Of a DNA stretch of 64,000 bases, positions 12,028 to 26,486 are shown piece by piece. The notes under the pieces are model-generated. The model was not told the origin of the DNA. It worked only from the letters and a program-made list of their open reading frames with translations, and did not search any database. The stretch is from Dudresnaya verticillata (Eukaryota): assembly GCA_977862235.1 (NCBI GenBank), contig OZ374558.1, forward strand, positions 2,418,001 through 2,482,000. The letters run 5' to 3'. A program made the translations under genes and the position numbers. Position 1 is the stretch's first letter. Each line of letters starts with the position of its first letter.

Positions 12028-15000
12028 CGCGGGCCCTTATGCAGTCCTGAGAACAATCTGTGGGAGTCCCCGGGAGCAGTTGCACTTGAATGCGGAAGTA
12101 TGTACGAAACGCTTAGCTGTGATGGCCTCTCAATTCCGTCGTAGACGAGGTTGAACGAAGCTTGCTCTGCGAAACAAATATGTACCGGTGATCCCAATAA
12201 GGCACCGCCTGGTTGTGATGCGGCAGCATCAGAGATCGCGCCACCGTCAAGAGCGGGTGTCGTCGGTGGGCCGAGTTTCCCCTCTTCCACGCGAATGGAT
12301 AGTCTGGCCCGTACGCATGTGACAAGTGGAATCGGCCAGCCAATGACATTGCTTCGTGCTTTACGCCCAATATCATTCTGTAATTGGCATAAAGGACCGT
12401 TGTGGGCGGAGAGTGAGAGAGGTTACTCCGCCCGGAAGCGGAGGTGAATCTGCTTCGTGTTTACGACGCATTCTCTACGTCCTTCTGCCGCTCTCGTAAG
12501 GGTAACCGTATCGCATCCTCTCAGGCTGTACTTTGCGGGCGTTTGGCCGCCCGGTCCGCTATTTCCGACAGCCTCAGGTACCTACCGCACTGTCAGTACC
12601 GCGTGCTGGTGGCAGTGAGAATACTATTTTCTTTCAGTCCAGAAACGTTTGCTACATTCCGGCTGCTCCGCTATCTACAGATGGCTGCTGATTTCGTGCC
12701 ATGGCCTTCCGAAACAGCCCTTCTGTTCAACACCTTCTCGGCTATTCGGGAGAGGTAGAATAAGAAGGGGTCATTTCGCCTAGACGATGCGAATGTGCCA
12801 GCCTACCTCGGGCTTCACATGCCCTAAGTGTTGGGCAGGCGCATGTTGTAAAGCGGTGGTTGTAGTTGTAGCACCGGGGAGCGTTTTGAGATTCTGGGGA
12901 GCGCATAAATGTGCAAAAACGAGCCCTTTTTGGGTGGCAACTTCCGACACGTGTAGTTTTCCCTTAGATCGCCTCCAGTAGGGCACTCCTCGGCGGGGGG
13001 TGTTTCTGGTTATTTGATAAGTCAACTGCCTCGTTCTTTGGAGAGGAAGGTAATGTGGCCCGTCTTTTGAGTAACCTGTAGATAACCATCACAAAACGAG
13101 AATATGGGCTTAAAACAAGCAGAAAATCAAAACAAACTTGACGTATGTTGGGTCAACGTACTCCACACTCTCAAACTGTCGAAGCGACGCTCTAGTCACC
13201 CGAACCCGCCCCAACTCGCGCGATCTGCCCCAGCTCGCACGATTGACCTATGTCAAGCGGGAGGCGGGATGAGCGCGTGGGCACCAGCAGCGCGGCGACA
13301 ACCGCGGCAGCCATGGAGTCACCATCGTTGTGCGGGAAGCTTTTCGACAAGTGGCGTCTACGCTGCCTCGCAGACTCGAGCATGCATAAATCAGGATGCA
13401 TTGAAAGCGATGCGCACGAGGTGGGCAGTATCAAGACAGAACAGGCACTACAGACAGCTCAGTTGAGATCAAGTGGAGCGCGGTGCAATGTTGAAGCAGC
13501 TGGCCATAATCCATAAAGTGCAGGCCACACAGACCGTATGTTGGAGCAACACAATCAAGTAACAGCACGTGAAGAGCAGTTGTGCCATTGTAGCGGTAGT
13601 GTCTGCGAGGCACGGCAGAGCAGGAGTTCTTTCATAGCTGCTTTGCCAGGGCCGGCACATGCACAAACGGAGGGGAAGGATGGCGCTACTGCGGAAAAGT
13701 TCTCTGCGAGAGTGCGGAACCGGTACAGTACGCAAAGGGACAGAACTCTGGGATCCATGGTGCTCAGATACATAGTGCGAAGCGCTGAGGATACATCGAA
13801 GAAGCGGAAGGGATCGGTGTGGCAGTGCGCGCGAGCGATCGCGTACAAGAGGCAACGAGCTCGCCGGGACGCCCGACAATTCTGGAAAAGCCGGATGCAA
13901 GCCAGCTGCGAGTCCGGTGGTGTAAGGGGATTCTAAGTTACTACGGGATTGCTTCAGTTCTTGCACACAGTGGCACATCAACGCTTTGAGTATCTGGTAC
14001 CGGCGCCGTACCGTCGTGTTCCCGTCATTGTCCCGTCATGGTACCGCCATGGTACCTTCGTCTTCCCGTCGTCTTCCCGCCGTCGTCCCGTCGTCTTCCC
14101 GCCGTCGTCCCGTCGTCGTCCCGTCGTCGTCCCGTCGTCGTCCCTTCGTCTTCCCGTCGTCTTCCCGCCGTCGTCCTGTCGTCGTCCCGTCGTCGTCCCG
14201 TCGTCGTCCCGTCGTCGTCCCGTCGTCGTCCCGTCGTCGCTCCGGTAAGTTTGCACAGGAAACGGAAGGCTCTACAGCGTGTTACAAGCATTCAAGGCGC
14301 AAATGGCGGCGCAGCTGAGGGAACAGCTGACGGCGCAGCTAATGGTGCAGCTGACGGCAGAGCTGACGACGCAGCTGACGACGCCAGCAGCTGACGGCGC
14401 ACCGTTAATCGGCATGTCCGACTACATTTCTACGTCCGCTGGCTGGTTGCATCGAGCGACTGTAACAGAACCTGCACAAACGGAACTGTCATCGCTTTGC
14501 GCATCACGATCAATGCGTACAGCTCTAATTGCACGCTTCGTCGAACTGGGAAGGCCGTGTTTACCATATGTGTATAATTGTTCAACGCAGATAAACGGAA
14601 GTAGAACGGATCCGTTTCCATTTTCTACTGCTGTTGGCGACCTAACACGAGAAGCTTTGCTCGCAGCAACGCGTGCAACGCGAATGTGTTCATCCATGAC
14701 GCTGACTGTCGCTGTGCCATGTTGCTACGGAAATGCTACCATTTTAGTCGCCGCGCACTGCGCCAGTCGTCGCCAGTCAATCGCGCCGCAATCACACTAC
14801 CGTCAAAGCATAGAAAGCAGAGAAAGCATAGTACCGTTGCGAGCCGCCTGACCAGTGCTCTTCACAGCAAGCGCTATCGCAGCCCCTTCTCGTTACCGAC
14901 GCCCCCGACGCGTACGAACAATGCGCAAATCCGTTGCTGGCATGACACGTTAAGTGACAACCATATGTGAACACAGTCGCTACTGACTGTTACTGGTGCG

Positions 15001-18000
15001 GCGTTAATCAGTGGTGTCCACTCCACGTAGAAAACACAAATGCGCGTCGCGTCGCACCGGCTCCGAAGCCGCGATAGCTGCGTATACTCCAGCCGCCGTC
15101 TTTGATGAAGAAACGTTCATAGCAGTGCCCTGGACAGGCTCTGTTCATCGGGTGTGTGTGTGTGGCTTGACGCCATTGTTACACAACAAGGTCAAAGAGA
15201 GTTTTGCGGACGCTGAACTCAGCGTCAAGGAGATGGCGTACAAATCGATACTACAAGGTGAGACGACGAGCCGTGATGTTGGGGATGCACAGTCGGAGCG
15301 GTGCGAGAGGCAGTGCTGGTGGCAGACAATAGGCGGACTGAAGCTGAAATGGGATTCTGGGCGTCTCCTGAATTGGGGAGAAGGATGGGTTCGATTGGCT
15401 ACCGTATTTCAGGATTGCAGAGCCAATCAACACCGGCCAACACCGTACCGGCTGTTGTGCGAGCGCTTTTTGGACGGATTTCGGGCAGATAGAATTGATC
15501 CGCCGGCGGATTCTGGGAACTGCGCTGAGGGTGATGCCACCCCGAAGAGCATGTGTCCGCGCATGCATTACGCTCGCTGAGACCCCAGCAGCCGCTCCGC
15601 GCCGCCGCCCTGCCGGGTACGCAACGTGGATCACAAAACCAGTGGCCGCGCGCTAGTGCACGCCATGACGCAGCAGTTGGTCTAAGCGCTGCGCCGTCGA
15701 TACTTCACCGGGATTGCGAGCAGACCGTTGGGACTGGTGAGGGGAGCTCCATGGGGAGCTCCATGGCCGAGGCAAAACGTGAAGTTCCATAAAACATGTG
15801 CTGTTCGTCGTTGGCGCCATTGCAACGGGGCGCGGCAAGATACTGAAGTCGGCGGTCGGCTGGAGGGGAAGCGGCGGCCTGGCGCAGAGACTGAGAGAGA
15901 TGGGCCTTTATCGGATGTGGTCAAAATACTGTCGAGACAGATCCCGAGAACTTGCAAGCGCCCTGACGGTGGTCTGGGCGGTCCAAGCGAACGCCCTGCG
16001 AAGACTAGATTTTGAGTGCGATGAGTTGCGGAGATGTAGGACTGATTCCCTAAATATTTCGTGAAGCATGAACGGTGCTGATAATACGGGGCGGGACTGC
16101 GGCAGCAGGACTCTTCGTGTTCAGTGCTAGAAGACATGTTCTACTTGGGTATTGGAGAGAATGAATTTCAGTACTGGGTGTTGTTGTTGCGGGAGGGGAA
16201 TTTCGATGAGATCATTAGGTGATGCTGCCTGCTCTATTCAGGTCTGGAGCTCAGAAGAATGGACGCAGATCTGGGAAAGGCTGACTAGGCGCGCATGGGT
16301 TGGCGGGTTTGGTGCGATGATCTGTTGGAGTCGGCAGCATTCAGGCGTGGGGCTTGTTTGACAGGGACGCAGTGGAGGGGCTATCGCAACACATGGGCTC
16401 TGTGGCCGGGCATGTCTACGGATTGGAAGGGTGCTCTATTTGGACGAGGCGATGGGAAGGCGCAATTATGAAAGCGTGCGAAGCTCTTCATGGCCATACC
16501 TGTTGATATTGAGTCGGCGTGGAAGAGCGCACGAGCTGGGGCATCTGAAGGACCGAGTTGTAGCAGACGGCTATTCGGGAGACGCAGAAAAAGAGGACAT
16601 CTCGCCTAGACGATGCGGATGTTCCAGCCTACCTCGGGCTTCACATGTCCTAAGTGTTGGGAAGGCGCATGTTGTGAAGATCGGATTGGAGACATGCCAG
16701 TTGAACATGAACGAGAACTGGGTAGTTTCGAGGGTCATTCCAGGTGAGTCTCTTGCATTTGGGAGTGCTTCAGCTTTCGGTGTCATTTTCGCTGACAGGA
16801 ATCTGAATTTGAGGTAGTGCAAAACCTTCTTGGGTTTGGGGGGGAGGGGGGGGGGGGGGGGGGGGGGGGTGTGACGTGAAAGGATTGTAGCCCCTTCAAT
16901 CCCGGTGGGGGATATATCAATATATATCAGATATCACCTAGATATCTCGTTGCGGATTGATGCCGGAGTGTTTGCCCTGCCAGTCGAAAAACTGTGGAAC
17001 TTGCGCGGCCGCGGTGGCGACTTGGTAAGATCACAGCACATTTACGGATAGACCAGGTCATTCCGTTGCGTTGAGCCCAGTCTTGGCAAACTTGGAGGGC
17101 AGTACGGAGAGTATGGGCCGAGTTGACGTGTCAGATGCAGTCATCAGCGAATAGTCGCCCGGGTGTGGGGGAAGGCGGGGGCCAGCAGGCCTCATTCTCA
17201 TCGCCGATTGGCCATGCGCAATTTGATCCCAGATATTTCGTACAGAGCGCGGAGCGACGCTGAGCGGCAATCGCACCTGCCACCTCCATCCTGGCCGTGA
17301 TCCCTCCTCAGCCCACAAGTCCCTCTACCACCTTCGTCGACCTCATGTTCTCGTCCGAGTCGCGCCAGCGCCCACCACGGCCGTGATCTACACGGTAGCC
17401 TCGTGGCCTCTCTTCGCCGCGCGCAGCCTTCTCAATTTCTGGACCGCGTGATTCCCTGCCTGTGCTCTGGTGAAAACTTTCTTAACGTCTCCTCGCTGTC
17501 TACACCACTGGCCCAACCGCCTTCTCGCTGCGTGGACCTCTATCTCCCGATCTACATCCTTACTTCCTCAATCCTTCGAGCTTTTCAGACGGCGACAAAA
17601 AGAGCACGTGCTCTTGAATCGTGCGATAAGCACTAGTAGTAGTACACTTTATTCAAAGAAGAAAGCTGGAGTCCCTTTGGGGGCTTAATTTCTGGCATAA
17701 CGTGCTCTGCAGTCAGCGAGCCTGCGGAGATTGACCGCGACCGCTACGTATTGAAGAACAACAGTGGTCAACAGAGCGTGTTCATCTCCTTTATGCAACG
17801 TAAACGCAAAGGCACTTTATCAACTAAGATGCTATCGGTGATTCACTCACAACATACAACGACAGTGGGAAGAAATTCTATCGCTTCGTAAACTTTAAAG
17901 TCCAGAACGTATGGCGGGCATTCGGAACAGGAATGATAAGTAAAGGATTCCTGACGAGGACGCTGCGTCTCTCCGTTATCAACAATCTGCACCTGCGCCA

Positions 18001-18024
18001 CGAAACACAATACACCGCCAGCTA

Positions 18025-19263
18025 CTAGCCCGCATTGTTATTAATCGCTGCGGTCCCGGGGGCTCTTTTGTCGGCTGGTCCGTTATAGGGTTTGTATCTG
18101 TGTTTCCTATGGTGATGCTTCTTCAATACAGAAGCCCTGGTGGTGACCAATGAACAGCATGGGCAACCAAACCTGCGATGCTTCTTGTGGATGCTTTCAA
18201 AATGGCGCTTCATATCACCCCTGGTTCCGAATGTAGCCCTGCACGGAATGTAGGCACACGGGAAACGCTTGGTGTGTTCGTCTCTCTGGATAGATTCGGG
18301 TATACGAAAAAGGTCCTCCGCGTTTTCCGTGGCGGTGAGATCACGGGAATCGTTTGATTTGGGACGAGAATGCAACTCATATTGGCCCAGGTCCGTCATG
18401 GGAGCCTTCGGATCTTCAGGGCTACTGATCTGACTAGAACGAGAGTCAGATGTGCTCAAGTTCTTCTCTCGTATCTTCTCCATTGGAGTTTCGGATGGCG
18501 CAACGAAGGGGCATCTTGATGAACCGGGCTCGTGTGGGATGTTGAATAGCGGGTTTGGCTTCCAGGCCCTGTTGTCAAAGGAACCCTCGCTTCGGCATTT
18601 GACGAGTGTTGAAAGCTTGGCAATACTGTACGGTTCCGGCTCCATAGTAGGAAGTTGTAGCATATGCGAGCCCAATGCACTCCGTTGCGTATGTGCATGT
18701 CTCTGCAACGTCGAAATCGGGACAGTGTCGAAGTTGCCATGCACCCACCCCACCGGACACGTCTGACAGTGCAAAAAGGGCAGCAAATGGCTTTCACCAT
18801 TGCCGCAGATATGTGGCTTCGGGCCTGTCGGTTGCATACGGCACAAGGTTGATCTCTTTCCGCCGATTGATGGAATCATCACTCCAGGTGACGGAGAATG
18901 TGGTGAAATCGGGTGTGATGCAGCAATAGTTCGCCGTTCCACTTGATTCGGAGTGAAGGGCGATACAATAGACGTGTGAGGTGCGGAAATTGGACGAAGT
19001 ATCGGCATTCCCTGAAACAGGAGCGGTGCTGCCTGTTCCATGGGGTTGATATTACTCTGCCCAGATCCTAGCGGTGAGTAATTAAAGACAGAAGGCACAA
19101 CAGTCTGGAGCGGAGCCGGGTGATATGACCCAACAGAAACGAGAGCCGAGTAGGACGGTAGCCGAGCCACTGAAAGACCTTGTCGAATGGAGAGTGGCGT
19201 GGGATCCGGGGGTGCGCCGTACGCCCAGTCTATCTGAGAATTGAGTTGTGTCTGCGGGTGCAT
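18025..19263 (-). CDS. C2H2 zinc-finger protein, copy 3
   Basis: Translation identical to 3567..4805. Confidence 0.85.
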   Translation of the reverse strand: MHPQTQLNSQIDWAYGAPPDPTPLSIRQGLSVARLPSYSALVSVGSYHPAPLQTVVPSVFNYSPLGSGQSNINPMEQAAPLLFQGMPILRPISAPHTSIVSPFTPNQVERRTIAASHPISPHSPSPGVMIPSIGGKRSTLCRMQPTGPKPHICGNGESHLLPFLHCQTCPVGWVHGNFDTVPISTLQRHAHTQRSALGSHMLQLPTMEPEPYSIAKLSTLVKCRSEGSFDNRAWKPNPLFNIPHEPGSSRCPFVAPSETPMEKIREKNLSTSDSRSSQISSPEDPKAPMTDLGQYELHSRPKSNDSRDLTATENAEDLFRIPESIQRDEHTKRFPCAYIPCRATFGTRGDMKRHFESIHKKHRRFGCPCCSLVTTRASVLKKHHHRKHRYKPYNGPADKRAPGTAAINNNAG

Positions 19264-22200
19264 CGCGGGCCCTTATGCAGTCCTGAGAACAATCTGTGGG
19301 AGTCCCCGGGAGCAGTTGCACTTGAATGCGGAAGTATGTACGAAACGCTTAGCTGTGATGGCCTCTCAATTCCGTCGTAGACGAGGTTGAACGAAGCTTG
19401 CTCTGCGAAACAAATATGTACCGGTGATCCCAATAAGGCACCGCCTGGTTGTGATGCGGCAGCATCAGAGATCGCGCCACCGTCAAGAGCGGGTGTCGTC
19501 GGTGGGCCGAGTTTCCCCTCTTCCACGCGAATGGATAGTCTGGCCCGTACGCATGTGACAAGTGGAATCGGCCAGCCAATGACATTGCTTCGTGCTTTAC
19601 GCCCAATATCATTCTGTAATTGGCATAAAGGACCGTTGTGGGCGGAGAGTGAGAGAGGTTACTCCGCCCGGAAGCGGAGGTGAATCTGCTTCGTGTTTAC
19701 GACGCATTCTCTACGTCCTTCTGCCGCTCTCGTAAGGGTAACCGTATCGCATCCTCTCAGGCTGTACTTTGCGGGCGTTTGGCCGCCCGGTCCGCTATTT
19801 CCGACAGCCTCAGGTACCTACCGCACTGTCAGTACCGCGTGCTGGTGGCAGTGAGAATACTATTTTCTTTCAGTCCAGAAACGTTTGCTACATTCCGGCT
19901 GCTCCGCTATCTACAGATGGCTGCTGATTTCGTGCCATGGCCTTCCGAAACAGCCCTTCTGTTCAACACCTTCTCGGCTATTCGGGAGAGGTAGAATAAG
20001 AAGGGGTCATTTCGCCTAGACGATGCGAATGTGCCAGCCTACCTCGGGCTTCACATGCCCTAAGTGTTGGGCAGGCGCATGTTGTAAAGCGGTGGTTGTA
20101 GTTGTAGCACCGGGGAGCGTTTTGAGATTCTGGGGAGCGCATAAATGTGCAAAAACGAGCCCTTTTTGGGTGGCAACTTCCGACACGTGTAGTTTTCCCT
20201 TAGATCGCCTCCAGTAGGGCACTCCTCGGCGGGGGGTGTTTCTGGTTATTTGATAAGTCAACTGCCTCGTTCTTTGGAGAGGAAGGTAATGTGGCCCGTC
20301 TTTTGAGTAACCTGTAGATAACCATCACAAAACGAGAATATGGGCTTAAAACAAGCAGAAAATCAAAACAAACTTGACGTATGTTGGGTCAACGTACTCC
20401 ACACTCTCAAACTGTCGAAGCGACGCTCTAGTCACCCGAACCCGCCCCAACTCGCGCGATCTGCCCCAGCTCGCACGATTGACCTACGTCAAGCGGGAGG
20501 CGGGATGAGCGCGTGGGCACCAGCAGCGCGGCGACAACCGCGGCAGCCATGGAGTCACCGTCGTTGTGCGGGAAGCTTTTCGACAAGTGGCGTCTACGCT
20601 GCCTCGCAGACTCGAGCATGCATAAATCAGGATGCATTGAAAGCGATGCGCACGAGGTGGGCAGTATCAAGACAGAACAGGCACTACAGACAGCTCAGTT
20701 GAGATCAAGTGGAGCGCGGTGCAATGTTGAAGCAGCTGGCCATAATCCATAAAGTGCAGGCCACACAGACCGTATGTTGGAGCAACACAATCAAGTAACA
20801 GCACGTGAAGAGCAGTTGTGCCATTGTAGCGGTAGTGTCTGCGAGGCACGGCAGAGCAGGAGTTCTTTCATAGCTGCTTTGCCAGGGCCGGCACATGCAC
20901 AAACGGAGGGGAAGGATGGCGCTACTGCGGAAAAGTTCTCTGCGAGAGTGCGGAACCGGTACAGTACGCAAAGGGACAGAACTCTGGGATCCATGGTGCT
21001 CAGATACATAGTGCGAAGCGCTGAGGATACATCGAAGAAGCGGAAGGGATCGGTGTGGCAGTGCGCGCGAGCGATCGCGTACAAGAGGCAACGAGCTCGC
21101 CGGGACGCCCGACAATTCTGGAAAAGCCGGATGCAAGCCAGCTGCGAGTCCGGTGGTGTAAGGGGATTCTAAGTTACTACGGGATTGCTTCAGTTCTTGC
21201 ACACAGTGGCACATCAACGCTTTGAGTATCTGGTACCGGCGCCGTACCGTCGTGTTCCCGTCATTGTCCCGTCATGGTACCGCCATGGTACCTTCGTCTT
21301 CCCGTCGTCTTCCCGCCGTCGTCCCGTCGTCTTCCCGCCGTCGTCCCGTCGTCGTCCCGTTGTCGTCCCGTCGTCGTCCCTTCGTCTTCCCGTCGTCTTC
21401 CCGCCGTCGTCCTGTCGTCGTCCCGTCGTCGTCCCGTCGTCGTCCCGTCGTCGTCCCGTCGTCGTCCCGTCGTCGCTCCGGTAAGTTTGCACAGGAAACG
21501 GAAGGCTCTACAGCGTGTTACAAGCATTCAAGGCGCAAATGGCGGCGCAGCTGAGGGAACAGCTGACGGCGCAGCTAATGGTGCAGCTGACGGCAGAGCT
21601 GACGACGCAGCTGACGACGCCAGCAGCTGACGGCGCACCGTTAATCGGCATGTCCGACTACATTTCTACGTCCGCTGGCTGGTTGCATCGAGCGACTGTA
21701 ACAGAACCTGCACAAACGGAACTGTCATCGCTTTGCGCATCACGATCAATGCGTACAGCTCTAATTGCACGCTTCGTCGAACTGTGAAGGCCGTGTTTAC
21801 CATATGTGTATAATTGTTCAACGCAGATAAACGGAAGTAGAACGGATCCGTTTCCATTTTCTACTGCTGTTGGCGACCTAACACGAGAAGCTTTGCTCGC
21901 AGCAACGCGTGCAACGCGAATGTGTTCATCCATGACGCTGACTGTCGCTGTGCCATGTTGCTACGGAAATGCCACCATTTTAGTCGCCGCGCACTGCGCC
22001 AGTCGTCGCCAGTCAATCGCGCCGCAATCACACTACCGTCAAAGCATAGAAAGCAGAGAAAGCATAGTACCGTTGCGAGCCGCCTGACCAGTGCTCTTCA
22101 CAGCAAGCGCTATCGCAGCCCCTTCTCGTTACCGACGCCCCCGACGCGTACGAACAATGCGCAAATCCGTTGCTGGCATGACACGTTAAGTGACAACCAT

Positions 22201-25200
22201 ATGTGAACACAGTCGCTACTGACTGTTACTGGTGCGGCGTTAATCAGTGGTGTCCACTCCACGTAGAAAACACAAATGCGCGTCGCGTCGCACCGGCTCC
22301 GAAGCCGCGATAGCTGCGTATACTCCAGCCGCCGTCTTTGATGAAGAAACGTTCATAGCAGTGCCCTGGACAGGCTCTGTTCATCGGGTGTGTGTGTGTG
22401 GCTTGACGCCATTGTTACACAACAAGGTCAAAGAGAGTTTTGCGGACGCTGAACTCAGCGTCAAGGAGATGGCGTACAAATCGATACTACAAGGTGAGAC
22501 GACGAGCCGTGATGTTGGGGATGCACAGTCGGAGCGGTGCGAGAGGCAGTGCTGGTGGCAGACAATAGGCGGACTGAAGCTGAAATGGGATTCTGGGCGT
22601 CTCCTGAATTGGGGAGAAGGATGGGTTCGATTGGCTACCGTATTTCAGGATTGCAGAGCCAATCAACACCGGCCAACACCGTACCGGCTGTTGTGCGAGC
22701 GCTTTTTGGACGGATTTCGGGCAGATAGAATTGATCCGCCGGCGGATTCTGGGAACTGCGCTGAGGGTGATGCCACCCCGAAGAGCATGTGTCCGCGCAT
22801 GCATTACGCTCGCTGAGACCCCAGCAGCCGCTCCGCGCCGCCGCCCTGCCGGGTACGCAACGTGGATCACAAAACCAGTGGCCGCGCGCTAGTGCACGCC
22901 ATGACGCAGCAGTTGGTCTAAGCGCTGCGCCGTCGATACTTCACCGGGATTGCGAGCAGACCGTTGGGACTGGTGAGGGGAGCTCCATGGGGAGCTCCAT
23001 GGCCGAGGCAAAACGTGAAGTTCCATAAAACATGTGCTGTTCGTCGTTGGCGCCATTGCAACGGGGCGCGGCAAGATACTGAAGTCGGCGGTCGGCTGGA
23101 GGGGAAGCGGCGGCCTGGCGCAGAGACTGAGAGAGATGGGCCTTTATCGGATGTGGTCAAAATACTGTCGAGACAGATCCCGAGAACTTGCAAGCGCCCT
23201 GACGGTGGTCTGGGCGGTCCAAGCGAACGCCCTGCGAAGACTAGATTTTGAGTGCGATGAGTTGCGGAGATGTAGGACTGATTCCCTAAATATTTCGTGA
23301 AGCATGAACGGTGCTGATAATACGGGGCGGGACTGCGGCAGCAGGACTCTTCGTGTTCAGTGCTAGAAGACATGTTCTACTTGGGTATTGGAGAGAATGA
23401 ATTTCAGTACTGGGTGTTGTTGTTGCGGGAGGGGAATTTCGATGAGATCATTAGGTGATGCTGCCTGCTCTATTCAGGTCTGGAGCTCAGAAGAATGGAC
23501 GCAGATCTGGGAAAGGCTGACTAGGCGCGCATGGGTTGGCGGGTTTGGTGCGATGATCTGTTGGAGTCGGCAGCATTCAGGCGTGGGGCTTGTTTGACAG
23601 GGACGCAGTGGAGGGGCTATCGCAACACATGGGCTCTGTGGCCGGGCATGTCTACGGATTGGAAGGGTGCTCTATTTGGACGAGGCGATGGGAAGGCGCA
23701 ATTATGAAAGCGTGCGAAGCTCTTCATGGCCATACCTGTTGATATTGAGTCGGCGTGGAAGAGCGCACGAGCTGGGGCATCTGAAGGACCGAGTTGTAGC
23801 AGACGGCTATTCGGGAGACGCAGAAAAAGAGGACATCTCGCCTAGACGATGCGGATGTTCCAGCCTACCTCGGGCTTCACATGTCCTAAGTGTTGGGAAG
23901 GCGCATGTTGTGAAGATCGGATTGGAGACATGCCAGTTGAACATGAACGAGAACTGGGTAGTTTCGAGGGTCATTCCAGGTGAGTCTCTTGCATTTGGGA
24001 GTGCTTCAGCTTTCGGTGTCATTTTCGCTGACAGGAATCTGAATTTGAGGTAGTGCAAAACCTTCTTGGGTTTGGGGGGGGGGGGGGGGGGGTGTGACGT
24101 GAAAGGATTGTAGCCCCTTCAATCCCGGTGGGGGATATATCAATATATATCAGATATCACCTAGATATCTCGTTGCGGATTGATGCCGGAGTGTTTGCCC
24201 TGCCAGTCGAAAAACTGTGGAACTTGCGCGGCCGCGGTGGCGACTTGGTAAGATCACAGCACATTTACGGATAGACCAGGTCATTCCGTTGCGTTGAGCC
24301 CAGTCTTGGCAAACTTGGAGGGCAGTACGGAGAGTATGGGCCGAGTTGACGTGTCAGATGCAGTCATCAGCGAATAGTCGCCCGGGTGTGGGGGAAGGCG
24401 GGGGCCAGCAGGCCTCATTCTCATCGCCGATTGGCCATGCGCAATTTGATCCCAGATATTTCGTACAGAGCGCGGAGCGACGCTGAGCGGCAATCGCACC
24501 TGCCACCTCCATCCTGGCCGTGATCCCTCCTCAGCCCACAAGTCCCTCTACCACCTTCGTCGACCTCATGTTCTCGTCCGAGTCGCGCCAGCGCCCACCA
24601 CGGCCGTGATCTACACGGTAGCCTCGTGGCCTCTCTTCGCCGCGCGCAGCCTTCTCAATTTCTGGACCGCGTGATTCCCTGCCTGTGCTCTGGTGAAAAC
24701 TTTCTTAACGTCTCCTCGCTGTCTACACCACTGGCCCAACCGCCTTCTCGCTGCGTGGACCTCTATCTCCCGATCTACATCCTTACTTCCTCAATCCTTC
24801 GAGCTTTTCAGACGGCGACAAAAAGAGCACGTGCTCTTGAATCGTGCGATAAGCACTAGTAGTAGTACACTTTATTCAAAGAAGAAAGCTGGAGTCCCTT
24901 TGGGGGCTTAATTTCTGGCATAACGTGCTCTGCAGTCAGCGAGCCTGCGGAGATTGACCGCGACCGCTACGTATTGAAGAACAACAGTGGTCAACAGAGC
25001 GTGTTCATCTCCTTTATGCAACGTAAACGCAAAGGCACTTTATCAACTAAGATGCTATCGGTGATTCACTCACAACATACAACGACAGTGGGAAGAAATT
25101 CTATCGCTTCGTAAACTTTAAAGTCCAGAACGTATGGCGGGCATTCGGAACAGGAATGATAAGTAAAGGATTCCTGACGAGGACGCTGCGTCTCTCCGTT

Positions 25201-25247
25201 ATCAACAATCTGCACCTGCGCCACGAAACACAATACACCGCCAGCTA

Positions 25248-26486
25248 CTAGCCCGCATTGTTATTAATCGCTGCGGTCCCGGGGGCTCTTTTGTCGGCTG
25301 ATCCGTTATAGGGTTTGTATCTGTGTTTCCTATGGTGATGCTTCTTCAATACAGAAGCCCTGGTGGTGACCAATGAACAGCATGGGCAACCAAACCTGCG
25401 ATGCTTCTTGTGGATGCTTTCAAAATGGCGCTTCATATCACCCCTGGTTCCGAATGTAGCCCTGCACGGAATGTAGGCACACGGGAAACGCTTGGTGTGT
25501 TCGTCTCTCTGGATAGATTCGGGTATACGAAAAAGGTCCTCCGCGTTTTCCGTGGCGGTGAGATCACGGGAATCGTTTGATTTGGGACGAGAATGCAACT
25601 CATATTGGCCCAGGTCCGTCATGGGAGCCTTCGGATCTTCAGGGCTACTGATCTGACTAGAACGAGAGTCAGATGTGCTCAAGTTCTTCTCTCGTATCTT
25701 CTCCATTGGAGTTTCGGATGGCGCAACGAAGGGGCATCTTGATGAACCGGGCTCGTGTGGGATATTGAATAGCGGGTTTGGCTTCCAGGTCCTGTTGTCA
25801 AAGGAACCCTCGCTTCGGCATTTGACGAGTGTTGAAAGCTTGGCAATACTGTACGGTTCCGGCTCCATAGTAGGAAGTTGTAGCATATGCGAGCCCAATG
25901 CACTCCGTTGCGTATGTGCATGTCTCTGCAACGTCGAAATCGGGACAGTGTCGAAGTTGCCATGCACCCACCCCACCGGACACGTCTGACGGTGCAAAAA
26001 GGGCAGCAAATGGCTTTCACCATTGCCGCAGATATGTGGCTTCGGGCCTGTCGGTTGCATACGGCACAAGGTTGATCTCTTTCCGCCGATTGATGGAATC
26101 ATCACTCCAGGTGACGGAGAATGTGGTGAAATCGGGTGTGATGCAGCAATAGTTCGCCGTTCCACTTGATTCGGAGTGAAGGGCGATACAATAGACGTGT
26201 GAGGTGCGGAAATTGGACGAAGTATCGGCATTCCCTGAAACAGGAGCGGTGCTGCCTGTTCCATGGGGTTGATATTACTCTGCCCAGATCCTAGCGGTGA
26301 GTAATTAAAGACAGAAGGCACAACAGTCTGGAGCGGAGCCGGGTGATATGACCCAACAGAAACGAGAGCCGAGTAGGACGGTAGCCGAGCCACTGAAAGA
26401 CCTTGTCGAATGGAGAGTGGCGTGGGATCCGGGGGTGCGCCGTACGCCCAGTCTATCTGAGAATTGAGTTGTGTCTGCGGGTGCAT
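25248..26486 (-). CDS. C2H2 zinc-finger protein, copy 4 (C166R, A233T, P396S)
   Basis: Intact 412-aa ORF with both fingers and three substitutions versus copy 1. Confidence 0.85.
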   Translation of the reverse strand: MHPQTQLNSQIDWAYGAPPDPTPLSIRQGLSVARLPSYSALVSVGSYHPAPLQTVVPSVFNYSPLGSGQSNINPMEQAAPLLFQGMPILRPISAPHTSIVSPFTPNQVERRTIAASHPISPHSPSPGVMIPSIGGKRSTLCRMQPTGPKPHICGNGESHLLPFLHRQTCPVGWVHGNFDTVPISTLQRHAHTQRSALGSHMLQLPTMEPEPYSIAKLSTLVKCRSEGSFDNRTWKPNPLFNIPHEPGSSRCPFVAPSETPMEKIREKNLSTSDSRSSQISSPEDPKAPMTDLGQYELHSRPKSNDSRDLTATENAEDLFRIPESIQRDEHTKRFPCAYIPCRATFGTRGDMKRHFESIHKKHRRFGCPCCSLVTTRASVLKKHHHRKHRYKPYNGSADKRAPGTAAINNNAG

